From an uncultured Gammaproteobacteria bacterium (GTDB taxonomy: Bacteria > Patescibacteriota > Patescibacteriia > UBA10025 > JAHIVO01), in the NCBI GenBank assembly GCA_964592105.1, contig CAZQBL010000013.1, positions 17,706 through 81,705 of the forward strand: a stretch of DNA of 64,000 bases. The letters run 5' to 3'. This document shows positions 50,130 through 61,511 of this stretch, one piece after another; position 1 is the first letter of the stretch; the number at the start of each line of letters is the position of its first letter. Under the pieces are notes generated by a model. The model ran no database searches. It had not been told where the DNA came from and saw only the letters and a program-made list of their open reading frames with translations. Made by a program: the position numbers and the translations under genes.

Positions 50130-50154
50130 CGCCACGGAGATAAATACCGTGGCG
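50130..50154 (-). terminator. Intrinsic terminator
   Basis: CGCCACGG/CCGTGGCG flanked by A/T runs. Confidence 0.65.
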
Positions 50155-50169
50155 TTTTTTAAAAAAATT

Positions 50170-50394
50170 TCAATCGGTTTTAGAACCAAGATCCTTGGAG
50201 TCCATTAACGGTATACCGCATTTTTTGCAAATAAGTCCGGTGCCAAATTCGAATCTTTTATCGCCGGGGCTCTTTGATAAAAAGGCAACCTCCGTTTCAA
50301 TGGGCTGGTGCCGGTCACTAACTGGACACTCACCAGCGGGATCAAATGAATAATGAACCGACTGTCCTTCAGGATTTGAATGTTCTTCGAGCAA
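50170..50394 (-). CDS. Small putative Zn-binding protein
   Basis: ECP...H...ICKKCG; AAGGAGGAGG SD with TTG start. Confidence 0.65.
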   Translation of the reverse strand: MLEEHSNPEGQSVHYSFDPAGECPVSDRHQPIETEVAFLSKSPGDKRFEFGTGLICKKCGIPLMDSKDLGSKTD

Positions 50395-50469
50395 TTTCCC
50401 TCCTCCTTATCCTAAAATATTCTTGCAAAATACATCTCTATTATCAACGAACAGTAGAAAAAATTAATA

Positions 50470-51066
50470 TTAATACATAATATCTTCATCCACCCTTTTA
50501 TAGTCGTGAATCTCATTGTCACGAAACCACAGCTGGGATTCAAATTGCGCTTCCTCAACGTTGCCTGAAGCATGAATCATATTTTTTACCGGTCTTTTAT
50601 CCAGATTAGCCAGTATCGGCGAATCCATGGAATAATCGCCGCGAATCGTGCCCGGCTCGGCAAACCTTGGCAAGGTGTGCCCAACCATCAAACGCACATT
50701 ATCAACGGCGTGCAAACCCTGCAAAAGAATGGCTACCACCGGTCCGGAGCTCAAAAAATCCATATTCCACTTCCTGACCATTGCCCCAATCTCATACGGA
50801 TCTTTGGTGCCCAATTCCTCGCCTGGATCTTTTCCGTATTCGGCATAACTTTTCAAAGTCTTATTACCCACCGCGATCAAATAGTCTCGGTTATCCGGAT
50901 AGTGCTTAGCCACCAAATCTTGGTCTACCCAGACCATTTTCAGGGCAACAATTTTTAAGCCAACTTTTTCAAAACGCGAAATGATTTCGCCGATTATTCC
51001 GCGCTTAACCGTATCCGGTTTTAATAAAACAACCGTTCGTTCTTTTCTCGGGTCTTGACTGGCCAT
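50470..51066 (-). CDS. ndk: Nucleoside diphosphate kinase
   Basis: ERTVVLLKPD, SGPVVA, PGTIRGD, NMIHASG. Confidence 0.96.
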   Translation of the reverse strand: MASQDPRKERTVVLLKPDTVKRGIIGEIISRFEKVGLKIVALKMVWVDQDLVAKHYPDNRDYLIAVGNKTLKSYAEYGKDPGEELGTKDPYEIGAMVRKWNMDFLSSGPVVAILLQGLHAVDNVRLMVGHTLPRFAEPGTIRGDYSMDSPILANLDKRPVKNMIHASGNVEEAQFESQLWFRDNEIHDYKRVDEDIMY

Positions 51067-51072
51067 AAATTT

Positions 51073-51480
51073 TTATTTCTTCATTTTATTAGCTAACAGG
51101 TATTTGACTTTAGCGACTATTTCCGCCGGCGTGTGATTGGCCTTAATAAAATAATCATCCGCTCCGAGTTGCTTGCCCTTTTCCACGTCTTCGGACTGGC
51201 CTAAATTGGTCAATAGCAGAATATGCGTATCGGACATGCCGGGATCTTTTTTCAATTCTTTCAAAACGGCGAAACCATCAAGTTTGGGCATGATAATATC
51301 CAGAAGAATCAGGTCCGGCTTTTCTTTCTTGGCCATCTCCAGGCCTTTAGCGCCGTCTTCGGCTTTTAATATTTCCATGCCCTCTCTGGAAAATTTGGTG
51401 ACATACATATCCGCCAGCATTTTGTCATCCTCGACCAATAATACTTTTGACTTAAATTTGGAATCCTGCTTAGTAGTCAT
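51073..51480 (-). CDS. Single-domain response regulator (receiver)
   Basis: LLVEDD, LLDIIMPKLDG, LTN, GADDYFIK. Confidence 0.95.
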   Translation of the reverse strand: MTTKQDSKFKSKVLLVEDDKMLADMYVTKFSREGMEILKAEDGAKGLEMAKKEKPDLILLDIIMPKLDGFAVLKELKKDPGMSDTHILLLTNLGQSEDVEKGKQLGADDYFIKANHTPAEIVAKVKYLLANKMKK

Positions 51481-51539
51481 AATAAAAAATTACTTTACCT
51501 TTTATGATCTAATTATACCAAAAAATGCCAAATCGTCAA

Positions 51540-53003
51540 TCAGGTAAATGGCGGCTTCTTGAGGTGCCATTGAGTGACTTGCTCATAATGCCAGCCCACA
51601 CGGAAAAGCGTTTGCTCATCCAAGGGCTTAGCCAAAAGCTGCAAACCCGCCGGCAGACCTCCCACAAAACCACAGGGTAGAGATAAACCGCAAATACCGC
51701 CGATATTGGCAGGACAAGTATAAATATCGGACAAATACATCATCAGCGGATCACTAAACTTCTCTCCCAGTTTGAAAGCGACGCTGGGCGCCGTCGGTGT
51801 CAGTAAACAATCAACCTTTTTGAATATTTTCTGAAACTCTTGGGTGATCAGCGCCCGAACTTTTTGGGCTTTGAGATAATACCGATCATAATATCCAGCC
51901 GACAAAGCGAAAGTGCCCAGAATAATCCGTCGCTTAACCTCATCGCCAAATCCCTTGGCCTTTGATTTCATATAGGTTTCCAATAATGTCTTGGCCCCGT
52001 CTTTTTCCGAAAAACCATACCGTATCCCGTCATAACGGGCCAAATTAGCCGAGATCTCGGAGGTTACGGTCAGCTGATAAACTGCCAAGGCGTATTTTGT
52101 CAGCGGCAAATTCACTTTGATTATCTTGGCGCCTAGTTTTTTCAGCTGCTCGGCGGCTTTCTCTACCAAGTCACGCACCCGCTCGTCCATGCCCTCGACG
52201 AAATACTCATGCGGTAATCCAATTGTCAAACCCTCAATACCCTGCTCAATTTTTTTAATATCAACGGCCGGTGCCTCGACGGTCGTGGAATCATTTTCGT
52301 CACGTCCGGCAATGACCCGAAACATCAGAGCATTATCTTTGATTGTTTTGGTCAGAGGGCCAATCTGATCCAGTGATGAAGTCATGGCCAAAAGACCGAA
52401 ACGGGAAACGCGGCCGTAGGTCGGCTTTAGTCCAACCACACCACAGAAAGCCGCCGGCTGGCGGATGGACCCCCCTGTATCAGAACCCAAGGCGCCCAAA
52501 CACAAATCTGCGGCCACAGCTGCGGCCGAACCGCCAGAGGAACCGCCGGGCGTGCGGGTACGATCGTGCGGGTTCGCCGTTTTGGCATAGGCGGAATTTT
52601 CAGTCGATGAACCCATGGCAAATTCATCCATATTGGTTTTACCCACAAAAACCGCGCCAGCTTTCTTTAATCTAGTAATGACCGTGGCGTCGTATATTGC
52701 TGTATAATTATCCAAAATCTTAGAGCCACCGGTAGTGCGCACGCCATCAATGACGATATTGTCCTTAACGGCTATAGGGATGCCGGTTAGCGGCCCCGCC
52801 TCTCCCGAATGAATTCTTTTGTCTGCCTCCACAGCTTGTTGAAGAGCCAGCTCATCCGTAACAGTCAAGAAAGCGTGCAATTCATCATCGCGCTTTTTTA
52901 TCTCGGCCAAACAGGCCTCGGTTAATTCGCGCGAGGAAAATTCTTTATTTATCAGGCCTTGGTGCGCTTTCTCTATAGTTAATTCAGACAATTGCATAGA
53001 CAT
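51540..53003 (-). CDS. gatA: Asp/Glu-tRNA amidotransferase subunit A
   Basis: GKTNMDEFAMGSSTENS, GGSSGGSAA, GSDTGGSIRQPA, RRIILGT. Confidence 0.98.
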   Translation of the reverse strand: MSMQLSELTIEKAHQGLINKEFSSRELTEACLAEIKKRDDELHAFLTVTDELALQQAVEADKRIHSGEAGPLTGIPIAVKDNIVIDGVRTTGGSKILDNYTAIYDATVITRLKKAGAVFVGKTNMDEFAMGSSTENSAYAKTANPHDRTRTPGGSSGGSAAAVAADLCLGALGSDTGGSIRQPAAFCGVVGLKPTYGRVSRFGLLAMTSSLDQIGPLTKTIKDNALMFRVIAGRDENDSTTVEAPAVDIKKIEQGIEGLTIGLPHEYFVEGMDERVRDLVEKAAEQLKKLGAKIIKVNLPLTKYALAVYQLTVTSEISANLARYDGIRYGFSEKDGAKTLLETYMKSKAKGFGDEVKRRIILGTFALSAGYYDRYYLKAQKVRALITQEFQKIFKKVDCLLTPTAPSVAFKLGEKFSDPLMMYLSDIYTCPANIGGICGLSLPCGFVGGLPAGLQLLAKPLDEQTLFRVGWHYEQVTQWHLKKPPFT

Positions 53004-53290
53004 CATTCAAAAACTTTTTTTACTTTATTAAGATTGCCGAATTTTTCAGGAAACTGGGCGATAATTTTAGCCGCGCCCGGATACGACTTGACCGAGTCTG
53101 GACGCAAAATATTGACCAGTTGGCCGTGAAAGCCGCTGGCAGTTACCCGGCTGGTGTCAACTTCTTCTATCTGTTTTACGTATTCCAAAATAGAAGAAAT
53201 TTGTCCGGCGAATTTTTCTTTTTCTGCTTCATTAAGACCGATTCTAGCCAGCTGAGCCAGCTTGACAACGTCTTTTTTTGTAAATTCCAT
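53003..53290 (-). CDS. gatC: Asp/Glu-tRNA amidotransferase subunit C
   Basis: LAQLARI, ILEYV..I.EVDT, LRPD; adjacent to gatA. Confidence 0.93.
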   Translation of the reverse strand: MEFTKKDVVKLAQLARIGLNEAEKEKFAGQISSILEYVKQIEEVDTSRVTASGFHGQLVNILRPDSVKSYPGAAKIIAQFPEKFGNLNKVKKVFE

Positions 53291-53380
53291 ATACAAAAAT
53301 TATATCATCAAAGTCAAAGATTAACAATCAATCCAGAGTCGATATCTTGACAAATATTAACAGATTATTTAGTATTTGCT

Positions 53381-53657
53381 TGCCGAACGCTAATATTTTT
53401 AATTATTTTAGCCGAGCAATGGGCGGGCCAACCTTCCTGACCTTAACTGTCTAGTATTCCCCTCCGCTAGATGGATTCAGGCCGGAGAATGCCCGCCCGT
53501 AATAACCTGGCGTGGCAGTAGCTAAAAAATAAGTGGAAGCATCCCCACTTACCTCTACTCCCACCAGTATAGCCAAGCCCGGGCAAGTAAGTCATCCCTC
53601 CTCCTTTCATATATTTTGGGGGCTCCATTGATGACTGAACACCCGGGATTTTTGTTT
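53381..53657 (+). ncRNA. Candidate structured ncRNA (unknown family)
   Basis: TTGACA-N17-TAGTAT promoter at 53347-53375; several long stems; CCUCC-rich loops; U-rich 3' end. Confidence 0.45.
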
Positions 53658-53734
53658 ACTTAACAAAATTTTCGAACCGAAATAAATACTTTGGACTGCA
53701 AAAATCGGTGATGAAAATTGAGCTAAGTAAATAA

Positions 53735-53846
53735 CCCTCACACCATTTAAGTTTTAAAATAATTAAACTCCTATAGTTATAAATTAAAAATACCAACCTA
53801 GCTGATTTTAATGAACATTCGTACTTTTTCATAAATGGTGTGGGGG
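53735..53846. repeat. Long-loop inverted repeat
   Basis: CCCTCACACCATTTA / TAAATGGTGTGGGGG (14/15). Confidence 0.65.
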
Positions 53847-53952
53847 ATCTTAAGTAAGTTTTTCGGCCTTACAGTGTATACTAAATTAAAAAAAATGGAA
53901 GCGCCGGCACAAAGACTTGCGCTTGAAACATATCTTATGAGTCTATGATCAA

Positions 53953-56046
<2,094 letters not shown>

Positions 56047-56105
56047 CTACTATTGAAGGCGACAAAATGCGCACGATTTGCTCATTCTCCAAATATTATA
56101 TTAAA

Positions 56106-57599
56106 TCACGGGCAATCCGGAAATATCTTATAAGTGCTCAATTGATACCAGTCAACCAGAACCTTTTCTCCGTCATCCCAGCCGCTGGGAGAACCAACCC
56201 CGGCTAACGGCTCAATGGTAAATTTTATTGTCCGGCTGGCCGGCTCCATCAGATTGCCGATGGTGAAACTCTCAGGTATGGTGCAGGTCTGCCAAACCGT
56301 GTCAGATATGTCGTTGTCGTGATCTCCAACAATAGATGATTGTCCGTTAATTTCCACAGCGATTCTTCGTCCGCAATCACCTGAAGCGCAAGACTTGTCT
56401 CCGGAATATAAAGCCCTCATGGATACATAGTAATTATCTCCAGCGGGAACATGGTCAGGAATCGGTAGGGTCCAACCCCAATACTTATTGCCTTCCGCCT
56501 GCATTACACAATGACCTTTACTAAACGTTGTTTCGGTATTACACTTGACAAAAGTTTCGCCACCAAACATATCTGAATCAGAAAAACATACCTCGCCATT
56601 CCACTTACCTTTGGGTCTTTGACATTGAACACATTCACTATCACATTGCTCTGGTATATCATAATCCAGATCCGCCTCCACCTGTATCACCCCGGATGAA
56701 TAAACCGGTTGGCTCAAAATCGTGGTCTTGGCGATTTCACCTTCGCTAAACAGCACATAATCGTACAAACCAAACAAGGGCAGCTTCCATGGCAAAATCG
56801 CGGTCAGGGCCTGCTTAAACTTATTCCTTTCGCCTACGGATTTTATGACAATTTGCGAGGCCAGATTAGTCACCTTGCTACCTCCCTGATACGGCCCGCC
56901 AACCTGATCATAAGGTGTCACGGAAATATTGGATAAATCGCCAAAAAGCGCCTTGATCCTGACGCGGTAACCAGACGGTACAAAACCACTTCCGAAAGTG
57001 TTTAAATTTATAGGCCAGCCTTCACTCTGAATTTCATCCGGCTGTAAATCTGTGGGGCCGACAACCTTGCGCGCACTGGTGGATTCACCCAGGGTACCGT
57101 TTTCATTCCAGGCAATCCAAGAAACTTCCGCCCAGGAAGCGGTATCAGGGTTTGACGCCCGGGTACCGTTCTGCACAGTTATAGATTTAACCACCGACGG
57201 CGCCAAAGGATTATCAACATTATAATAATCCGCCTGAAGATATTGGTTTTCTTTTAGCACTTGATGCGATATCTCCGAGGACTGAGTGGCGCTGCCCGCG
57301 TCAGTATAGGTACTGTTGTTCACAAAATCATTTGAATCCGCGTAACCCTGAATCTTACTCAAAGCCTCGGTCAGGGTAACACCGCTCTCCCGCATGACTC
57401 TGACGCCGTACAAACCTCTTTCCAATCCGGCTTCGGCGGCATAATAGGCCATGGTCGCATCAACCACACTCGTAGTCAATTTCAGTTCATTAATGATAAT
57501 CACCGAAACCGTCAAAGCAATAGCCGTGATCAAAGAAATAATTAAAAGCACATAAACCAAAATCGATCCTGAATTTTTTTTACCGTAATGGTTAATCAT
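56106..57599 (-). CDS. PilX/GspK-like minor pilin with large Cys-rich C-terminal domain
   Basis: SG^SILVYVLLII (no E5), AYYAAEAGLE motif. Confidence 0.85.
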   Translation of the reverse strand: MINHYGKKNSGSILVYVLLIISLITAIALTVSVIIINELKLTTSVVDATMAYYAAEAGLERGLYGVRVMRESGVTLTEALSKIQGYADSNDFVNNSTYTDAGSATQSSEISHQVLKENQYLQADYYNVDNPLAPSVVKSITVQNGTRASNPDTASWAEVSWIAWNENGTLGESTSARKVVGPTDLQPDEIQSEGWPINLNTFGSGFVPSGYRVRIKALFGDLSNISVTPYDQVGGPYQGGSKVTNLASQIVIKSVGERNKFKQALTAILPWKLPLFGLYDYVLFSEGEIAKTTILSQPVYSSGVIQVEADLDYDIPEQCDSECVQCQRPKGKWNGEVCFSDSDMFGGETFVKCNTETTFSKGHCVMQAEGNKYWGWTLPIPDHVPAGDNYYVSMRALYSGDKSCASGDCGRRIAVEINGQSSIVGDHDNDISDTVWQTCTIPESFTIGNLMEPASRTIKFTIEPLAGVGSPSGWDDGEKVLVDWYQLSTYKIFPDCP

Positions 57600-58302
57600 A
57601 AAATAAATTCTGGACTTTGCTATTAATAAGACGAGAAGAGACTAATGTCTGTATGACAATACGGGCCTGCCCCGCCGGCAAATCGCCAGTGCCCTCCGAT
57701 TTCATAATAATCCTGACTTTTGGCTGAAAATTACCACCATCGCTGAAATATTCACAGCGTTGCTGGACAGTATCGCATCTATAAGAATTATAATCAGCAT
57801 CGCAGTCCGCATCGCTGGCACATCTTTTTTCAGCGACTTCAGAAAAAGGGTCGGCACTGGGAGTAATAATAAACCTAAGTTCATCAACTATCGCCCCGAC
57901 GGGCGTAACTACCTGCCACTCCTGGCAATCAGCCGACGTATCATTTTTGCAAAATTCCAGATTGTTACCGTTTTTCCGATAATAAACGAACTCCCCTGAC
58001 TGATTGATGACCGCCAAAGGATAATCAATAACCGCGGACTCGGGATGTAAATCGATATTTTCCGTCACGTAATAATCATAATTAATCCTGCCCAAACGTA
58101 TCTCCTGGGCCATGGCTTCCAGACTATAACGCACGTCATCTTGTAATTTCTGTAAGTTGGCTACACGCCGTTGACTGTGGTTAATGACCACGAAAATATT
58201 ACTAACCATCAATACAACCAGCACAAAAATAGATAAAGCAATAATCATCTCAATTAGGGTGAAACCGGAGTTACGGGCAGTTTTTTTCTGGAAATTATAC
58301 AT
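57592..58302 (-). CDS. PilW/GspJ-like minor pilin
   Basis: SG^FTLIEMII; EAMAQEIR; QPKV. Confidence 0.9.
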   Translation of the reverse strand: MYNFQKKTARNSGFTLIEMIIALSIFVLVVLMVSNIFVVINHSQRRVANLQKLQDDVRYSLEAMAQEIRLGRINYDYYVTENIDLHPESAVIDYPLAVINQSGEFVYYRKNGNNLEFCKNDTSADCQEWQVVTPVGAIVDELRFIITPSADPFSEVAEKRCASDADCDADYNSYRCDTVQQRCEYFSDGGNFQPKVRIIMKSEGTGDLPAGQARIVIQTLVSSRLINSKVQNLFYD

Positions 58303-58319
58303 GATAAATTAAAAATTTA

Positions 58320-58919
58320 TTAGAGGACCTGCCAATCATATAGACGATCTTCTATAATCACCTTTTTATCGGAAGTTTCCGAAGGCCAATGCACCTCGGA
58401 AATGACGCGCAAACCGACTTTCTCATAGCCAGAACCGATGGAAGTGCAGTCGTCAGTGGAATCTTTATCCACGATCTGCTCATCCCCGGTCGTATTTAAA
58501 CAAATATCATTGAGATACATAAGGCGGTAAAATTCCGTAGCTAAACCCGGCACGCCACGGCCCTGCAAATAAACGTTGTTATGAAGAAATAATCTCGTCT
58601 GGTCCTGCGAATCAGTCGAATAATACAACACTGTCGGCGTCGACAAGCCCACAAAAGGTATGACGGGATTTGGGCCAACTAAACCCGAATCCCAGGCCGG
58701 TGAAGTAGGGTCAACCCAGTTGCTATCACGTATATTTCTCACTATCTCAATACCTTCCCGGGCCAAACTGGCAGCAATAAGCTTATTTCTGCTTTCTCGG
58801 CCGGCGTTAATGCTGGTCACAATCAAAGTGATAGTGGCGGTAACCACCATCACTAAAATTAGGATTGCAACTAATAGTTCTAATAAGCTCTGGCCCTTTT
58901 GATTAAATATTTTCGGCAT
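58320..58919 (-). CDS. PilV/GspI-like minor pilin
   Basis: KG^QSLLELLVA; A..LAREGIE.VRNIRD. Confidence 0.88.
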   Translation of the reverse strand: MPKIFNQKGQSLLELLVAILILVMVVTATITLIVTSINAGRESRNKLIAASLAREGIEIVRNIRDSNWVDPTSPAWDSGLVGPNPVIPFVGLSTPTVLYYSTDSQDQTRLFLHNNVYLQGRGVPGLATEFYRLMYLNDICLNTTGDEQIVDKDSTDDCTSIGSGYEKVGLRVISEVHWPSETSDKKVIIEDRLYDWQVL

Positions 58920-58927
58920 AATAAATA

Positions 58928-59605
58928 TTACAAACTACAGCCGCTCGTTAACTCGCTGATCTGACCAGAAACCCGATTAATTATCACCTGTCGGCAGTTA
59001 TTGGTCAGATAATCGCTTTTTAAAAGTAAAGTCAAGGTCGTTTCTGTACTCTCGGCGCCGCTGGCTCCTTCATAAAAATGCACCGTACCTTCGGGCGGGC
59101 TGAACCGGACGACAATAAATTTTTCTGCCGAAGGTTCGATCTCTGGACCGCTGGCCGAACCGAATTTGTAGCGGCTGATGTGTATACCTTTTAAAAATAT
59201 ATTTTTTTCAATAACTCTATAGTCTGGATTGCTTAAAACCCCATTTGCGTCAGTATCGCCAAATAACTGATAATTTTCTGTTGAAGCCACATTGATAGCA
59301 TAGCCACCCAAAGGAACACCATTATGGCAGCTATCATCCTCACCACCGCACGAAGAATCATCAATACAAACGCCGTACTCATTACTTTTGCTGCCGGCAA
59401 GGCAGTAGTTAATACTGTTACCGCCAATAGTATATTGCTGGGCCAAACGCAAATTCTGTAAAAGCTCGGTGCTGGCCTGTTTTAGATCATTAACAAGATT
59501 GCCGTGGCGAAAGTTAACTACGACAATTATGGTCAAAACTCCCATGATAAACATGACGATCAGCAATTCCATTAATGTAAATCCGCGACGATCGGCAATT
59601 TTCAT
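58928..59605 (-). CDS. FimU/GspH-like minor pilin
   Basis: RG^FTLMELLIV; LRLAQ; F.PP.G; SGQI. Confidence 0.88.
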   Translation of the reverse strand: MKIADRRGFTLMELLIVMFIMGVLTIIVVVNFRHGNLVNDLKQASTELLQNLRLAQQYTIGGNSINYCLAGSKSNEYGVCIDDSSCGGEDDSCHNGVPLGGYAINVASTENYQLFGDTDANGVLSNPDYRVIEKNIFLKGIHISRYKFGSASGPEIEPSAEKFIVVRFSPPEGTVHFYEGASGAESTETTLTLLLKSDYLTNNCRQVIINRVSGQISELTSGCSL

Positions 59606-60357
59606 AAAATAAACAATCCTTGATAATAATAATCAATTACCGACGGACCAAAAATAAAAGCGGCAAAAGTGCCGGCACTTAGAAAAGTTCCGAATGGCAC
59701 CTGGCTTGTCCAGCCCTTTTTACCAAAAATAATAAGCAGAATTCCGATTAAGGAACCCAAAACATAAGCCGCGAAAAGAGCCACTAATAAATACTTGTAC
59801 CCCAGCATCAAACCCATCAAGGCGCCCAAACGAATATCGCCTCCGCCCACCCATTTACCTTTTGAAACCAAAAATTGCAACAGAAAAAAACCGCCGCCCA
59901 AAAAAAAGCCGTACAACAGGTGCCAACCGCTGATTTTTAAAACAAAAACTGAAAGAATCAAAGCCACCACCATCGCCGGAACGGTAATTTTGTCTAATAT
60001 CAGATAATAACGGTAATCATAAGTAAAAATTACAATCAGAAAACAGGAGAAAACCGAATAAACAAAAAACTCCGGGGCTAATCCATAACGCAAATAAATA
60101 ATGAGAAAAGCCAGGGCCGTGGCCGCTTCAACCAGGGGATACTGCCAGGAGATCGGTTTACGGCAATAATGGCATCGGCCACGCAAAAAAATAAAACTAA
60201 AAAGAGGCAACAAATCCCAAAAACCTAGAGTGTGTTGGCAAAAAGGGCAATAAGACCGCCCGCCTAAGAAACTAACCTCCTTATGCAAACGACAAATCAC
60301 CACGTTCAGAAAGCTGCCTACCACCAGGCCTAAAATTATTATCAAAACTGGTGCCAT
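59602..60357 (-). CDS. pilD: Prepilin peptidase / N-methyltransferase (A24A)
   Basis: GSFLNVVI.R, RSYCPFC, GRCHYC, YPLVE, GGGD, PFG. Confidence 0.96.
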   Translation of the reverse strand: MAPVLIIILGLVVGSFLNVVICRLHKEVSFLGGRSYCPFCQHTLGFWDLLPLFSFIFLRGRCHYCRKPISWQYPLVEAATALAFLIIYLRYGLAPEFFVYSVFSCFLIVIFTYDYRYYLILDKITVPAMVVALILSVFVLKISGWHLLYGFFLGGGFFLLQFLVSKGKWVGGGDIRLGALMGLMLGYKYLLVALFAAYVLGSLIGILLIIFGKKGWTSQVPFGTFLSAGTFAAFIFGPSVIDYYYQGLFIL

Positions 60358-60509
60358 AACTTTACAATTATAGCAAAAAAAGGCCAAAACATAAAGTGGG
60401 GGCATTAAAATTTATCATGACGAATGTCTAAATCTAATTAATGTCCAAGGAGACAATGTCTAATGCCCAATTGGGTTTGAAGTTTAATTAGTAATTAAAA
60501 ATTCAATTT

Positions 60510-60923
60510 CTATTTAATTCCCGACTGACTTAAAGTATGCTTGCCGGCGACAAGGCTGCCGTAACTTTTCTCCAGGTTAAAAGTGATTTCAAAACCTTCC
60601 TGGGAAGGTACCCGAGTCACTCTATAGGAATATCGGCCCGGATCTTTGACTTGAGCAATGGTGGGAATATAATTTGCCAAGTTGCAAGTACTGACCAAAA
60701 CACCGACTTGATCGCAGCCGCCCTGACTGGCCTGCTGGTAACTGGCAGTTTCGTTATACAGAAGCTGAAAAGCGGCCTGCAATCGGGAAATATCCGAGAG
60801 CCTTTTAGCGTCCCTGGTCTTGGCTTTTTCGTTATTCAGCATCAAAAATGCCCCGCCGATAATGACACAAGTTACGGCCATGACTATCAGCAACCTGACT
60901 AATGACAATCCTTTTTGGTTCAT
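60510..60923 (-). CDS. Type IV pilin-like protein (Arg at position +5)
   Basis: KG^LSLVRLLIV; KTRDAKRLSDI. Confidence 0.85.
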   Translation of the reverse strand: MNQKGLSLVRLLIVMAVTCVIIGGAFLMLNNEKAKTRDAKRLSDISRLQAAFQLLYNETASYQQASQGGCDQVGVLVSTCNLANYIPTIAQVKDPGRYSYRVTRVPSQEGFEITFNLEKSYGSLVAGKHTLSQSGIK

Positions 60924-60941
60924 ACTGATTGAAATATTTAA

Positions 60942-61460
60942 TTAGGTTGTGGGCAGCAAGGGACACTCATTGCCTTCCCCATAAACCCCAGTTGAGTAAA
61001 AATAAAACCATTTGCGATTCCCGCCCTCCTTATGAAAGCAAAAAACGTACTGCTTATGGGCATTATTTTGATTGGTATCGTACTGATAGTAAAGATCGCT
61101 TCCTGGTTTATTGAACGGATCTTTTAAAACTCGACTGATGTACCCGGGGAAAAGTGGATTTCTCTCTTGGGAAAAAATCGTACCGTTCATTAAAGTCGTG
61201 CTGATATCCGGACCCTCTCCAGGATTGACGGCACTCATAACCGGTGCGGGATAATAATTATTATCGTCATAATACATATTTAGCGCCAAACGTATCTGAG
61301 CCAAATCCGACATCCTAATGGCGTCACGAGCCGACTCTTTTGTCCCGCGCAATTCAGCTAGACCCATAATCGACAAAATACCGATGATAGCCACCACCAC
61401 CAACATTTCTATCACCGTGAAGCCATAAACGATATATGATCTTTCTCTGACCATGACCAC
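60942..61460 (-). CDS. Type IV pilin / GspG-like protein
   Basis: G^FTVIEMLVVVAIIGIL; ARDAIRMSDL.QIR.AL.MY; KDP. Confidence 0.92.
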   Translation of the reverse strand: MVMVRERSYIVYGFTVIEMLVVVAIIGILSIMGLAELRGTKESARDAIRMSDLAQIRLALNMYYDDNNYYPAPVMSAVNPGEGPDISTTLMNGTIFSQERNPLFPGYISRVLKDPFNKPGSDLYYQYDTNQNNAHKQYVFCFHKEGGNRKWFYFYSTGVYGEGNECPLLPTT

Positions 61461-61511
61461 AATTAATTTACAAAAATTAAAAGTTGAAGGTAACTATATT
61501 ATAATTATAAT

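Noticed and set aside
53476-53495. SRP RNA (TCAGG.CCGGA resemblance)
   Set aside because: Lacks the GGAA tetraloop/AGCAG partner of the SRP domain IV motif
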